From Squatina squatina (Eukaryota): DNA of 33,787 nucleotides. Shown here piece after piece: positions 1-12,537 of the stretch. The stretch is from contig JARFOE010000001.1 in NCBI GenBank assembly GCA_031763465.1, positions 9,707,552-9,741,338 on the forward strand, given 5' to 3'. How positions within the stretch are numbered: the first letter of the stretch is position 1; each line of letters begins with the position of its first letter. The translations under genes were made by a program, and so were the position numbers. The notes beneath the pieces were generated by a model that saw nothing but the letters and a program-made list of their open reading frames with translations, was not told the origin of the DNA and searched no databases.

Positions 1-60
1 GTCATCCGCAAACTTGGAGATGTTACATTCAATTCCTTCGTCTAAATCATTAATATATAT
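1..60 (-). mobile_element. CR1 LINE reverse transcriptase fragment
   Basis: Reverse strand reads YINDLDEGIECNISKFADD (RT catalytic motif). Confidence 0.85.
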
Positions 61-2110
61 TTAGTGCTAGTTTAATGCTAAAAAAAAAGGACGAATTGGG
101 CGCTCATAGATTTTGGTGCACTAACATTTGAAACTTAGGGCAGGCCAATTGGCTGCCCTTAATCTTTAATTTTTGGAGGCTCCAGGACAAGTTACTGCAT
201 ACTATCAGTCTAGAAGTCAAGCCTAGCCCCCAAATCTGAACCCTTACATCAGATTGCAGTAGGTAAAGTAATTCTCACTCAATTTTAATCACTCTCACCT
301 TTTTGGCTGTTTCCACAATTTCACAACAAATGTCAAAAATTCACTAATACTTGTGAATCATGTTTTATTTTGGGATATGCAGCTTTGCTTTATAACATTT
401 TACTTCCATTGTAAATATTTTTTAAGAAGAGTGAAAGTGGAAACTGCTCAACTCACTCTTAAGACACATAAAAGGAGATTTTTATTGACTAAAGTCATAC
501 ATTAATCTGAGACAAGATGAGGTAGAGTTTGGTTTAATGGCTCATATGAACAATAATTCACTAAAATCCACTTTTGAAGCTAGCTAACCTAAATTGCAAC
601 GGGACTGCAAATCAAAAAGTCTCCTTCACTGGACAGGTCAAGGACAAAGCACCCCGTACGGAGCACTTACAATTGACAAAATGTAAAATACCTCCTATGC
701 CATGTGATCAATTTGAAAGGTAATCTACCCTTGGGACCACAAGCTGAAAATATTGTATTTTAATCATCCCAGGATGCAAAATCATACTTAAATCCTTCAA
801 AGTAGTAATTAAAATGATTATTTCAATATAACATATCTCTAAATTGAGTACTGGGGATAATCATTAATTCATTCCTAAAGTCTGCAGGCTGCAGAATAAG
901 AAGTACTGGATCTTTGGTACTTGAATTAATTACTTGTTAATAGAGATGCAAATTCCTTTGATCTCATGATAGATTTGCTTAATCAAAATTAATTAAATTC
1001 AACTCTTTTACACTATAGAAGGCTACATGATTACGCATTAATAATCTGCTAATAATCCATGTATCAAAGGAGAAGCAGTGTAATGCTAAGGCGTGTCACT
1101 TTTACATGTCCTATCTATGTGTTCAGAAAGAAATAAAATACAAGGAACACAAACATTTCAAAAAAGAAAACACTGGGGCAAATTTTGCATTGGCAGTGTA
1201 CCTGTGGAGTATGCCACTGGCATCTGAAGATAATACAAACTTACCTGATGGGGAACTTCCTTCGTAAACTTTCTATTTGATGTTGCGTACTGGAGGGCNN
1301 NNNNNNNNNNNNNNNNNNNNNNNNNNNNNNNNNNNNNNNNNNNNNNNNNNNNNNNNNNNNNNNNNNNNNNNNNNNNNNNNNNNNNNNNNNNNNNNNNNGA
1401 AGTGTTGACATTGCTGGAATCTGGAAGAAATCAATGTGAATTACTCTCTCTAGAATCAAGATTTTGCAAGCCTTCTTGTTAATGCCAAAATTTCCAATGA
1501 CTTCTGACTTGATTCTTCCTGCACAAAACACATTGGACAATAGCTTTTCGTCCATCACAGGTTAGAGTGGCCACAGAATTCTCCACTTATTTCCTACTTT
1601 GTAGATGTCAGCTGTACTCAGACAGGAAATAAATATCTCAAAACTCAGTGGTTTCCTTATCTCTTGACAACCACAACATTTAGCACAATAACTATCATTT
1701 CAATCATTTGGGATTCTTACTGTTCTGGAAACCATCTGTTTGTTATCTTTGTAAACCCAGCACATAATCAGATGCAAAGTTTCTCCTGCCACTGTCAGTA
1801 AACATGTTTTCGGCAGTAGAACTTGCGAAACTTTTATTTTATAGGTTAGCTGACAGGGAAAGAACATTTTTTCATCTGTTTTAATGTCTAATCTCAAGGA
1901 AAGTGGATGGCAAATCACATTAACCCCTGATGTACCATGTTTATTAAATAAGTGGAGGGGATGACATAACTCTGAACTCAGTCATTGTTTGAAATGGGTA
2001 ACTGCCAAGGNNNNNNNNNNNNNNNNNNNNNNNNNNNNNNNNNNNNNNNNNNNNNNNNNNNNNNNNNNNNNNNNNNNNNNNNNNNNNNNNNNNNNNNNNN
2101 NNNNNNNNNN

Positions 2111-2205
2111 GTGGAGTCAAAGGAGAAGTTGTTCAATGTGAGAACAAGTTCAGCCAGGCGGAGGAGGGTGGTGGTGGATGGGGACAGATTGGGTCTCTGT
2201 TCAAC
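2111..2205 (-). mobile_element. Penelope-like retroelement RT fragment
   Basis: EQRPNLSPSTTTLLRLAELVLTLNNFSFDS is typical of Penelope-like RT upstream of the QxxG motif. Runs into a gap. Confidence 0.7.
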
Positions 2206-3024
2206 TAGGTTTAACACTTCACTGCATAATATTCCATCTATTCTATGATTTCCAAGCTGATTACTCTGCAGTCGAATACTTATTGGACATAGGAGGCTTC
2301 TATATTGCACTGTTTATTAATGAACTTGAAACAGAACTCCCACAGTGACTTTCATTTCTACAAACATTTTCCTTTCACACAGCAGCACGGCTTAACTCTG
2401 TCTACATATGGCTGCCTTTCTGACCTTGCACTACCTGTCTGCAATCCCCAAAGACTATTTTGTTGCCTGGGTCACATGACCTATTTAGAGTGCCAGCTGC
2501 TGTTTGCTTAATATTTTCAGTAGTTTCCATTTTGCATCAACATCCAGGAGTCAGTGCACTGACTTACCTCAGTCCCAGTCACTGCAAGCAGCAAAACAAT
2601 CCAAAAATATCACAAAACACATTTAAAAGACTGAAATGGCTTGTATTGTATCCAGTAACAGATGGGAGAAAGTAACTTCAAGGTCTCACTATTGTCTCAG
2701 GTTACAGATGATGCTTACACATTGGAACAGAAATCAGTACTAGGTAAATGGCTTGTAAATACTCTCACATAACTGTAATTCAATAGTCAACACTGCATTT
2801 AACATTCTTGCCCTCTTTATCTTATACTTTGATTTCAAGTTTTCAGGTATTTATTATTTCCTGCACTTCCCATTCTGTGGTTTTCCTGACACATAAATCA
2901 TCCTCGGCCAGGAGAGTGAGGAGGTGGCCCATTCCAAGACTTGTGCCACTACTACCCTATGAATGGCCCATGTGTGAGAGTCAGCTCCCTATCTCGGCGG
3001 TGCTGTCAAGGGGAAGCACCAAGT

Positions 3025-3108
3025 TTTTTTTTTATTCGCTCCTGGGATGTGGGCGTCACTGGCAAGGCCAACATTTATTCTCCATCCCTAATTGCCCTTG
3101 AGAAGATG
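3025..3108. mobile_element. elasmobranch interspersed retroposon end
   Basis: T-tract followed by GGGATGTGGGCGTCACTGGCAAGGCCAACATTTATT...CCCTAATTGCCCTTGAGAAG, which I recall as a high-copy shark repeat terminus. Confidence 0.55.
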
Positions 3109-4467
3109 NNNNNNNNNNNNNNNNNNNNNNNNNNNNNNNNNNNNNNNNNNNNNNNNNNNNNNNNNNNNNNNNNNNNNNNNNNNNNNNNNNNNNNNNNNNN
3201 NNNNNNNNATGTTTCAACTTTCATAAGTCCTTTCTCGATGCAGCACGTTGAAAAGAGACAGAAATAATTGTGGGATGTGGATTTATTTGACATGGAACTA
3301 ACTAATTTTTGAGACTTATAAATGATCTCAGACCTTTCACTAGCCTCTAGCTGAATCATAAATTGCTTCCTGCAGCTTCTCTTAGAGGACACTGTTTCTA
3401 ATTTACAGAATGGGCAGATAATGCTTCTCCATTGATTTGGGCACAGATCCTTTCCTATATTGATTTTACCCCGTAGAGCTAATGAATAGTTTAGAAAACA
3501 AAGATTAAGGCACAGATTGGGAGCACAAATTGAACTACTCCGCAGTACCAGTCAATACCACTCAAATCTTCAGAAGCCATTTGGAAATTGTCATTTCTAT
3601 CTGTTGCTGTTGGCTGCACAAGAAATTTTCTTCCGGAAGTAAGCATTACAATCCGTACCCATAAAGTAAACAGGCTCTGAAAGCAAATCTTACCTGCCTA
3701 TTCACCGGAGTCTGAACTTCAAATTAAAAACTCACATTGTCTCTACTTTACAGGAGTCAGAATATCAAGGTTGATGTTTACCAAACACTGGGAATGGAGC
3801 AGAAATACAAAACTGACTGGTTCACTGTGTGTATTTCATGGTTGAAGAGAATAATAGCTTTAGCTGCATTCTTTATTTTCACATTAACTCTTTCTAATCT
3901 ACATTAAGGTGACATTAACCCTTTGTGGTTAATTAGCAGCAGAGATGAGTGCAATTCATTGTTTAAAAAAAATAGAATCTATTGTGACTACCAGACTGTC
4001 TTACCATCTTATGACAGTTTCAGTGGTAGTCAACATGTGCTGCATTCTACACATGATATAAAGGTGCTAAAATATGTCTGAATATTCAGTTAAATGATGA
4101 TTGCTACATTTTTGTTGCCCATTAATGCATCTTATAACTCCACCGGGTAAGGGAAATATTGCTGAAGTACTGCTTTTGAATCACGTTTGGAATAAATGTC
4201 TACTGTGATAAATAATTTCACATTATAATGTCCCTACTTATCGCTGTTGCTAGAAAGAAGAATCACTCAATCTTTGAACAAAGATTTAGCTGACTAATAG
4301 ATGTGTTTAGATGATGATCTAGTTGGCTACCAGTAAAATTTAAAGCCCAATATCTCCATTTGATAGTTTTCTTGCTTTGGCCATTGGGCAGGATTATCAA
4401 ATGAAATTCATTATTTTGGGTCAGTGGACAAATTGCAGTAATAGATGGAAAGAAATTATATAGACTG

Positions 4468-4771
4468 GAGAGGGGAGTCCAGAACAAGGAGGCATAACCT
4501 TAAGATTAGAGCTCAAACTTTGAGGGGTGATGTCAGGAAGCACTTCTTTGCACAAAGGGTAGTGGAAATCTGGAACTCCACTCAAAAAGGTTTTCAGGCT
4601 GGCGGTCAATTGACATTTTCAAAACTGAGCTTGATAGATTTTGTTGGGTAACGGTATTAAGGAATATGGAACTAAGGTGGGTAGATGCAGTTAAGATACA
4701 GATCAGCCATAATGTAATTGAATGCAGAATAGGTTCAAGAGGCTGAATGTCTTACTCTGTTCCTATGTTCC
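4468..4771 (+). mobile_element. CR1 LINE 3' end
   Basis: GESRTRRHNLKIRAQTLRGDVRKHFFAQRVVEIWNS (CR1 ORF2 C-terminus), then a 3' UTR ending ...GGCTGAATG...CTGTTCCTATGTTCC. Confidence 0.85.
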
Positions 4772-4930
4772 AAAGTTACCACCTAACCTCATATCTCTGC
4801 AGAAATAGATCTCATGTAAATAGAAATGTAACACTCTTATTCTGCTTCAGATTTGTACCACCTAGTAATTTTGTTTATTATTTGGCTTTTCCTATTTCAG
4901 TTTCTCCATTACTTTCTTCTGCAGTTCTTC

Positions 4931-5215
4931 TGGTGGAACAGGCTCGAGGGGTCGAATGGCCTACTCCTGTTCCTATGGTCAGATTGCATCTTGAGTAAGT
5001 GTCCAGTTGCGTTCACTGAGACACAAGGATAGAGATATTCAAGGTGTGGAGGTAGCTGAGACAACAGCCACAAGGCTGATTTATAACCTCAGAAGACTGA
5101 GTCATTAGTACAGTAGAAACTTGGGTTCTGCATCCTTGAAAGGAGGTGACCAAGAGAGAAACTCGGAGGTACATGGCTCAGAGGTACATAAGGTAATAAA
5201 CTCCACAGAAAACTT
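4931..5215 (+). mobile_element. short CR1 3' tail plus older CR1 ORF2 fragment
   Basis: TGGTGGAACAGGCTCGAGGGGTCGAATGGCCTACTCCTGTTCCTATG resembles 4720-4771. Region 5060-5210 is degenerate ATRLI...LE..R..GD..EVYK-like sequence. Confidence 0.55.
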
Positions 5216-5274
5216 GAATCCAAAACAAGAGTAACAGTAAAACCATGACAGTATATCAGGTTAAAACTGATGCC

Positions 5275-5460
5275 GTAGTGCGGGGGTGGGGGCGGGTGGC
5301 GATAGTGGGCGCCACATTCGGGTCGAAGTGAGCGCCGTCCCGGCCAACCACACAGTGGGGGTTTCCCAATCAGGCTCGCCTTCCAATCAAATTCTGATCA
5401 GATGCACAGATCCTTGCTTTACTCGCTTGAACGCGCACGTCCCTGGAAATTCACAGCACC
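5275..5460. promoter_or_regulatory. possible CpG-rich promoter-like segment
   Basis: GC box GGGGCGGG at 5289-5296 and two CCAATCA motifs at 5366 and 5383. Could equally be repeat-derived. Confidence 0.25.
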
Positions 5461-5956
5461 TAGAGTGAGAGATAGAGAGACAGACAGNNNNNNNNNNNNN
5501 NNNNNNNNNNNNNNNNNNNNNNNNNNNNNNNNNNNNNNNNNNNNNNNNNNNNNNNNNNNNNNNNNNNNNNNNNNNNNNNNNNNNNNNNNNNNNNNNNNNN
5601 NNNNNNNNNNNNNNNNNNNNNNNNNNNNNNNNNNNNNNNNNNNNNNNNNNNNNNNNNNNNNNNNNNNNNNNNNNNNNNNNNNNNNNNNNNNACAGATAGA
5701 GAGAGAGACAGATAGAGAGACAGTCAGACAGATAGAGAGATATAGAGGGAGAGANNNNNNNNNNNNNNNNNNNNNNNNNNNNNNNNNNNNNNNNNNNNNN
5801 NNNNNNNNNNNNNNNNNNNNNNNNNNNNNNNNNNNNNNNNNNNNNNNNNNNNNNNNNNNNNNNNNNNNNNNNNNNNNNNNNNNAGAGAAAGATCGGCAGA
5901 TATAGAGAGAGATATAGGGAGAGATAGATTAAGAGGTAGATAGAGAGAGAGAGAGA
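5461..5956. repeat. (GA)/(GATA)/(GACA) compound microsatellite, mostly gap
   Basis: Purine-rich GAGA/GATA/GACA units flank three gaps. Confidence 0.9.
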
Positions 5957-6057
5957 NNNNNNNNNNNNNNNNNNNNNNNNNNNNNNNNNNNNNNNNNNNN
6001 NNNNNNNNNNNNNNNNNNNNNNNNNNNNNNNNNNNNNNNNNNNNNNNNNNNNNNNNT

Positions 6058-6564
6058 GCACCCATGTGAGTAACTGGTCTGAGCAGGCCCTTTGCAAGTC
6101 AGCACCAAGTCCTTGAGCATGTGCCACACCACTCCTTGTAGACATTAAGCAACTTTAAAGAAGTCTAGAAATCACCAAACACTTCCACACACTCAGCAAC
6201 AGCGATTAGAAATCATTCAGCAACTAACAAGTAAGAAGGTGATGGTCCCTTTAAATAGCACCGTTGTGGGGTTCTTCCTGCTGCTGCACACATGGTCAGC
6301 TATGCAAAGTTAAGAGAGGGTGTTAGCTCCTGCGTTGAGGTCACAAACGGCAATGCTGGCATCAAACCAGCAATACATGCACGATCTGCCTAACCTGCAT
6401 ACTAACGGCACATCCTCCCAGCACCGACAGTACCGCCCTCACCAACGTGGCATCCAGAACAGCCCACACCAGAAGTGAGAGCGAGCTGCTCAGCGGCTAT
6501 TTTCAACACAAAACTGCACCCAAAGCACCAAAAAAGCGGGCGCTACGGACCGAATTTCTAACCC
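6058..6564. mobile_element. non-autonomous DNA-transposon-like element end (possibly PIF/Harbinger-type)
   Basis: GC-richer block ending GAATTTCTAACCC, nearly identical to the terminus GAATTTCTAGCCC at 10380-10392. Confidence 0.45.
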
Positions 6565-8913
6565 ATAGGTGTTTCGGGAAACTAGACTAAAAGAATGAAA
6601 AATTCCAGCAGGGCCTGTAACTACAAGTAAGCTGCTTGTCGTTACAGGCCCTGCTGTCAACTTTGCAGTGTGATTTTACTGAAACCAGGAAGATCTGCTG
6701 AAAAGTCTCGTAAAGATAATAAAACTACATTGTTTAAAAAAACCTGAGGATTGGCAGTTTGTTTTATATATTCACTATAAATATAGCAACTGTAGGTATC
6801 TATCCCACAATTCCTAGACGGGCACTAATGAGATGTTCGTAATGGTAAAACTGTCATTTCTTCAATTTAATTGGATACTGTATAGAGCAAAATGATAGCC
6901 TGTGCAAGAGGGATTATAAATGAGCTCCTGTGTTTCTGTGATTAATGTAGGATCCATTTAGAGAAAGACTTAAGCTAGGCAAAGTCTAAAGGCCATTACC
7001 AAGACTATTATGGTCATCTTTGATTACAGATGATGGGGAATAGGATTTACAGGATCCTCGACTGCAGCAAAACCCAGCCTTTATTATGTTAGGTGATTCA
7101 GACTCAAGTCATTGTGGACTAGCAGAATTCAGCATTAACACATTTCTAATGCTTATAAGGAAGAAAATCAACCAGCTTTAGTCCATTTGGCTCAAACAAA
7201 AATAATCTGTCCTACATCATCCAACAAGCTGTTCATACGCAAGCGCAGAGAGCAATATTGGATGGGAATTTGACCATGGGGTGGGGGGTGCCATTTCCTC
7301 ACGTAAGGCAGCCCTCAAATGAAATGTATATTTAGATATTAGTTGCGAGAGTGCAGTAACAGAATTGACAACTTACAGCTCTCCTGTTCTTATATCACCC
7401 TTATCTTTTCTCTCCTATTGGTCTGTTCAAGGCCGNNNNNNNNNNGATCCGATCTTTTCGGAAAATTCAGTTTTCTCCATTTTCCAAATCAGTTTGTAAT
7501 GGGCCCAAATGAGAAGCGAGGTAAAGAATAGTGCAAGTAATTCTCGCAATTTAAAATTGAAAATTGAAGTCACATCCTGGGAGCAGGTTCTAAGCTGGCC
7601 TACTGCATCATGAATACATGCCTCACGATGCAATTTATCTTCACAATGCAAACATGTTGATACACTGAACCGATATTTAACAGCATAAGTAGTCTGTGGT
7701 CCTGATGACTGCGAGTTGGCAGCGTTCGGCATCATTTCGTCTTTGAAGCTGACGGCAACTTCAGGAATTAGCGTATGCACAGCCTAACGTGCAAATCCTG
7801 AAGTTGCGGCCTGTCACTCACTGCTCCTCCACAGGCTGCTCTGTGGACCAACCCCCACTCCCCACTCCCAGAGCCAGCAATCAGTGAGATCACTGATCTG
7901 GCGAAAACTTCCCCTTCTCCGAACAAATATCACTGTTAGAAACCCCATAAAAACCTAGACCCATTTAAATGAGGTGTAACTGGGTTTTTAACAGCGATCT
8001 GGGTAATAATTACTGATAAACAACTATTCTGGCCCTGAGAAACTAATTTTATATTGGTTGAATGTAAAATTTCTCCATTAAGTTAAAAATGAGTAGATTT
8101 TAAAATTAACTTAAACAAATATATTTTTTAAAGTTTGTTCATGATATTTCAGCTTCTACCTTACTGTTATGGAAAGTTACTGAAAATACTTCACATAAAA
8201 TATTGCCTGTCCTGTTTCAATTGTTAACATCTTTGCATCTGTTAGGTAATTGGCCTTGAAATGCTACTTAACTTTTAATTAAATGCTGAGCTGACACCAC
8301 AGAAGTATCTCCCAAAGCAAACATGCTTTCAGTAACACCTTATCATTTGCAACAGGCTTTAATTTGCAAGTACTTGTTACTTTTCAAAGATGTAGGGAGC
8401 AGGGTAAGGTTATTTAATCAGGATTATAGGNNNNNNNNNNTGTCAGCTTTGTTTAATTTTCAACTTAATTAGACAATCCTGCAGCATTCAGAGTCACTGT
8501 TTTATGTTTCACTCAAGGTTACATAACCTCGCCCTATTTCTTACATCAATAACTCTTAGGCTGCATTTACATTACAAGTTTAGTGTCAGTTCAAAGTGAA
8601 TTCAACTTTGCACTAACACTAAACTGGAGTATAAATCCAGAATATGAGTCCAATATCAATCTGCAACAAAATGGAGTGAGACTTCCTGGGAAGCATTGTC
8701 CCACATCACTTTGGTTAGCACCACATGGAGTGTAAATCTTGTGCAATGTCAAACCTGTTTACAAGAGGCCCTGGGTATTTTATGAACCCACATAACTTCA
8801 ATTTAAATGTAANNNNNNNNNNNNNNNNNNNNNNNNNNNNNNNNNNNNNNNNNNNNNNNNNNNNNNNNNNNNNNNNNNNNNNNNNNNNNNNNNNNNNNNN
8901 NNNNNNNNNNNNT

Positions 8914-9199
8914 GGCCGGAGGCGCAGACTTTATGGGGCCCGTTGCAGGTTTTACTGTCTTTGCAAACGCCTGCGCTGTGCGGGCGTTGCGGGTGCGTGA
9001 TGCAGGGCGGTGCGCGTTATCTTAACGTCATGCGCCGACCCGCTGCGAAATTCAGCTGGGCAGGCGCAAAGGCCTTTGCACCCCAGCTGAATTTCCCAGG
9101 AGGCAAGATGGCCGCCTACCGACACAATTTAAAACAAAAGTCCCATTAGCTCCCCTTGGAGGCGCTAATGGGACATTACAGGAGCTCAATTTTGGCCCC
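8914..9199. mobile_element. GC-rich hairpin-bearing MITE-like element, copy 1
   Basis: Aligns by eye with 10095-10392 and ends CAATTTTGGCCCC. Contains perfect inverted repeats. Confidence 0.7.
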
Positions 9200-9324
9200 A
9201 AGATGTCCCAGCACAGATCGCTGGGCTACAGTGCTAATCACATCCTGCTAATTTGTTTTCTGCCCCTTTGCCATCCCTCTATCCAACAACTGTATTCCCT
9301 TTAACTCCTTTTATATTCATGTAA

Positions 9325-9465
9325 CTTACGTGGCATCTTATCAAATGCCTTCTGGAAACCCCTATAGACAGCATCCAATCAATTTCCTTTCTCTAGACAC
9401 TCATAAAATTCAATTAAATTAGTGAAGCATACGCTGCCCCTTGCAAATCCATGCTGATTACTCCA
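9325..9465 (-). mobile_element. degenerate CR1 RT fragment
   Basis: Reverse complement resembles 31270-31420 (QHGF...KG / FQKAFDK motifs). Confidence 0.65.
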
Positions 9466-9671
9466 GATTGGCCCATTCTGAAGTGTTCACTAATTTCACC
9501 CTGCATTATGGATTCTAGAGGGTTGAATCGGTTCTGAAATCATAATATCATTCAGCAGCATTATTTTAGTAATTCATTCGGTTCAACTATGGTCACTACA
9601 AATCAAAATTAACTAAGCACTTTGAGATGTTTCAACCTGATAAATTCATCTGCCACCCCTTCATGGCACTT

Positions 9672-10392
9672 ATGGAGCAGGAACGGGCATTTCTCGCCCT
9701 GCCTGCCGCAGAATTTGTCGTTCCGGGGCAGGAGCGAGCTGCAACGGTGTCGGTCTCGCTCCCAGCTGGAACTAGGGTGGCTGGCCTGATATGTTGCTGG
9801 CGTGGCCTCAGTGCTACGCCAGTGATGCCAGTTGCGCCATTTCAGTGTGCTGACATCAGCAGCACTGCCAGGCCTTGCTCAAGGGGGAGGCCCGCCACTG
9901 GGCCACCAGGGATGCCGATGACTGGGTCAACCAGCCTGGCATGCCAGTCAGCGTGCCAGGCAAAGGGATGGTGGCTCGATCTGGCCGTGGGCCGTCATCA
10001 TTCGGCCGACAACAGAGTCGGCCGATAAATCAAGATGGCGGCCGCAGGCACACAGGCCCTCCCCTTTAAGAGGGCTGATTCAGCGACAGGTTTCCCTGTC
10101 TTTGCAACCGCTCGGCGCTACGACCATGTCCCGTGGGTGAATTCTGCCTGTGGGACATAAACGGAGTGCAAAGGGGGTTGCGGCTGTGCAGTGCGGGTCG
10201 GTGCGCATCTTTATGACGTCATGCGCTGACCCACCACGGAATTCAGCTGGCTAGGCGTAAATGCCATTGCGCCCCAGCTGAATTCCCCGGGAGGCGAGAT
10301 GGCCGCCTCCCACCACCATTTTGTCCTGTTTCGCCCCATTAACGCCCCTCAGAGGTGCTAACAGGGTGCAACAGGAGATGAATTTCTAGCCC
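9672..10392. mobile_element. GC-rich hairpin-bearing MITE-like element, copy 2
   Basis: CpG-rich block sharing CTGTCTTTGCAA, ACGTCATGCGC, AATTCAGCTGG and AGATGGCCGCCT with copy 1. Ends GAATTTCTAGCCC. Confidence 0.7.
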
Positions 10393-12537
10393 TATATTAA
10401 TAAATGTATTATTTATTATAACCACCCAAGCAAAATAAAACAGATGATTTTGGCTCCACACTCTGATGCAGCTGATTACCTTGAATCTCTGGACTAAAGG
10501 TCATAAAATTGTCAAGTCTCAGAATACAGAGTTTACATCCCATCAAAACAAAATCCAGTTATTAGAGTTTATTAGATAAGCTGCTGTGAAGACTGCAGAT
10601 GGTGAAACCTATTTGACGGAGATGGGTGCTGGAACAAGTGAACTACTCTGGTGCAGTTAAAAATACCAGCTGCAGATCATTGGACCCATTATACAGAGTC
10701 TGAATAAAATCACTTTCAGCTGTTGAAATATCTTATTGAAAATTACTAACCTCTAAATTATAATATTCTCATGATGGATATTTCATCAGTGACATCGAAA
10801 AAAAAAAAGTGAGATTCCAGTAGCATATGTGAAAATCTATTTTAAGCATCTTTATGTGTCCAGGTTGGCTAGGACTAATAGGACCGTTCATCCACTTGGC
10901 ATACAGAAGCTGTATCTTTAAGACAACACAAAGGCTCACTGGTTGTATCTGTAGACAGTTAAAGGTTGCAACTGAATTCCTATCAAAACCATCTGACTTC
11001 TTTACTTGCTTTTAAGTTATGTTTTTCGAAATATTGTTTTACCAACATTGAAAATCCAAAGTATTTTTTCTTATTGTATTTGACTTGTGTTAAATACAGG
11101 AGTGCTACATTCATCATGCGCTATTCTGTTCTTTGGAGGACCTAACATGGACTGTATTGAATCATGCCCTGAAAATGGTTAAGTTTATAAACATGCCTGA
11201 CATAAATGCAACGGAAATAAAAGATTGCCTCAGAAAAAAAAAAAATCTATATTTTCAATGATAGTATTCTTGGAAAAAATGTTTACAAGATAACAATGCT
11301 ACATTTTTTATCTTGATGGTGACATACGTTCCTCTCATATTGAACTTTGAATAGGTTTTCAGGAGAGTAGAGTTGAGCAGTGAAGCTTTCCGTACCTACT
11401 GATAAACAACAGCACCCCAGTGTGTACATTTCCCTAATGTCATGGAGCAATAGATAGTGTCAACTCTCCATTTTAGATGCACTTGATAACCTCGTAATAA
11501 CACAGAGACTCTAAGACAGACCTTTTGTCCAATTCTTCCATGAACAAAATCTGTTATTCCCCAACAAAGTAGAATTTTATTCCGATGAGTAAAGCCATTC
11601 CAAAAAAAACACNNNNNNNNNNTGACTGAGACAATATAGGTCAACTAAACCATAGATGCTGCTTGTGGAACAGAACTAACTACCCATATCAACTGTTTGG
11701 AATTCTAGCCACATGCAAGTTGGTGGATAAGGAATCCACTCCTCCACCCCATCATCTCCTCCCACCCGGCTGAGAAGATGGCTCAACATGTAGGGAGCCA
11801 CATGAGTGCAGGATAATGTTAAATTACAGCTGATCAAATGTTGTGCTGCAGAAGTTAAAATATTCTCTAAGCTAGACTCTGAGCCAACTAAAGGAACTGC
11901 ACAGCATGTGTGCACAAACATGGGCTGCTTTGAGTAGTAAGTTTTGCCTATACACATGTAAAAAGATTATGTTCAGCAGGGCTATAATCCCAAATTATGA
12001 GAAATCTTGTGTACATCCACATAATACCAAACGTGACATGTAACTCCATAGTTTAAATGAGAAAAAAAACTGTACAAAGATACTGCAGATATTTTCATTA
12101 TATATAATGAGAAGTCTTTATCTGTTCCAGTGGTGTTGGAAACTTTTAAACTGTACACAAGCTCACCAGAAGGGGAGAAACAAAGGTCATCCTGAACTTC
12201 TGTTATGCCAGCTGTGATTCTTTTTAAAATCAAGCTTTTGGTATCCACTTTGCTGTGTTCACAGCAACTCTCTCATAGACCAGCCCCATTTCCATTTCCT
12301 CCAGCACTGGCATCAAATGTACTCTATTGTAAAATAANNNNNNNNNNNNNNNNNNNNNNNNNNNNNNNNNNNNNNNNNNNNNNNNNNNNNNNNNNNNNNN
12401 NNNNNNNNNNNNNNNNNNNNNNNNNNNNNNNNNNNNNTGGAAGCGAAGTTGATGAAATTTTTCAGTTCACTGGGATACTGGAGTATCTCCCCCTTTCCAA
12501 TAAAGCAGGGTGGGGAGAAAGAAAACCCAAAACATGC

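Noticed and set aside
2568-2612. Minus-strand hydrophobic stretch FWIVLLLAVTGTE followed by GTAAGT, like a leader or TM exon for the Ig gene
   Set aside because: There is no in-frame ATG, an in-frame TGA lies just upstream, it is too short for a TM helix, and it is downstream of the Ig exon.
9627-10069. GC-rich ORFs of 133 aa and 64 aa
   Set aside because: They lie inside the MITE-like repeat, have no recognisable domain, and are explained by high GC content.
11712-11760. WWIR motif resembling CDS1 exon 3 (WKNWWIRGIL)
   Set aside because: There is no acceptor, similarity collapses after 4 codons, and it lies upstream of the TMEM175 exons, so it is a chance match.
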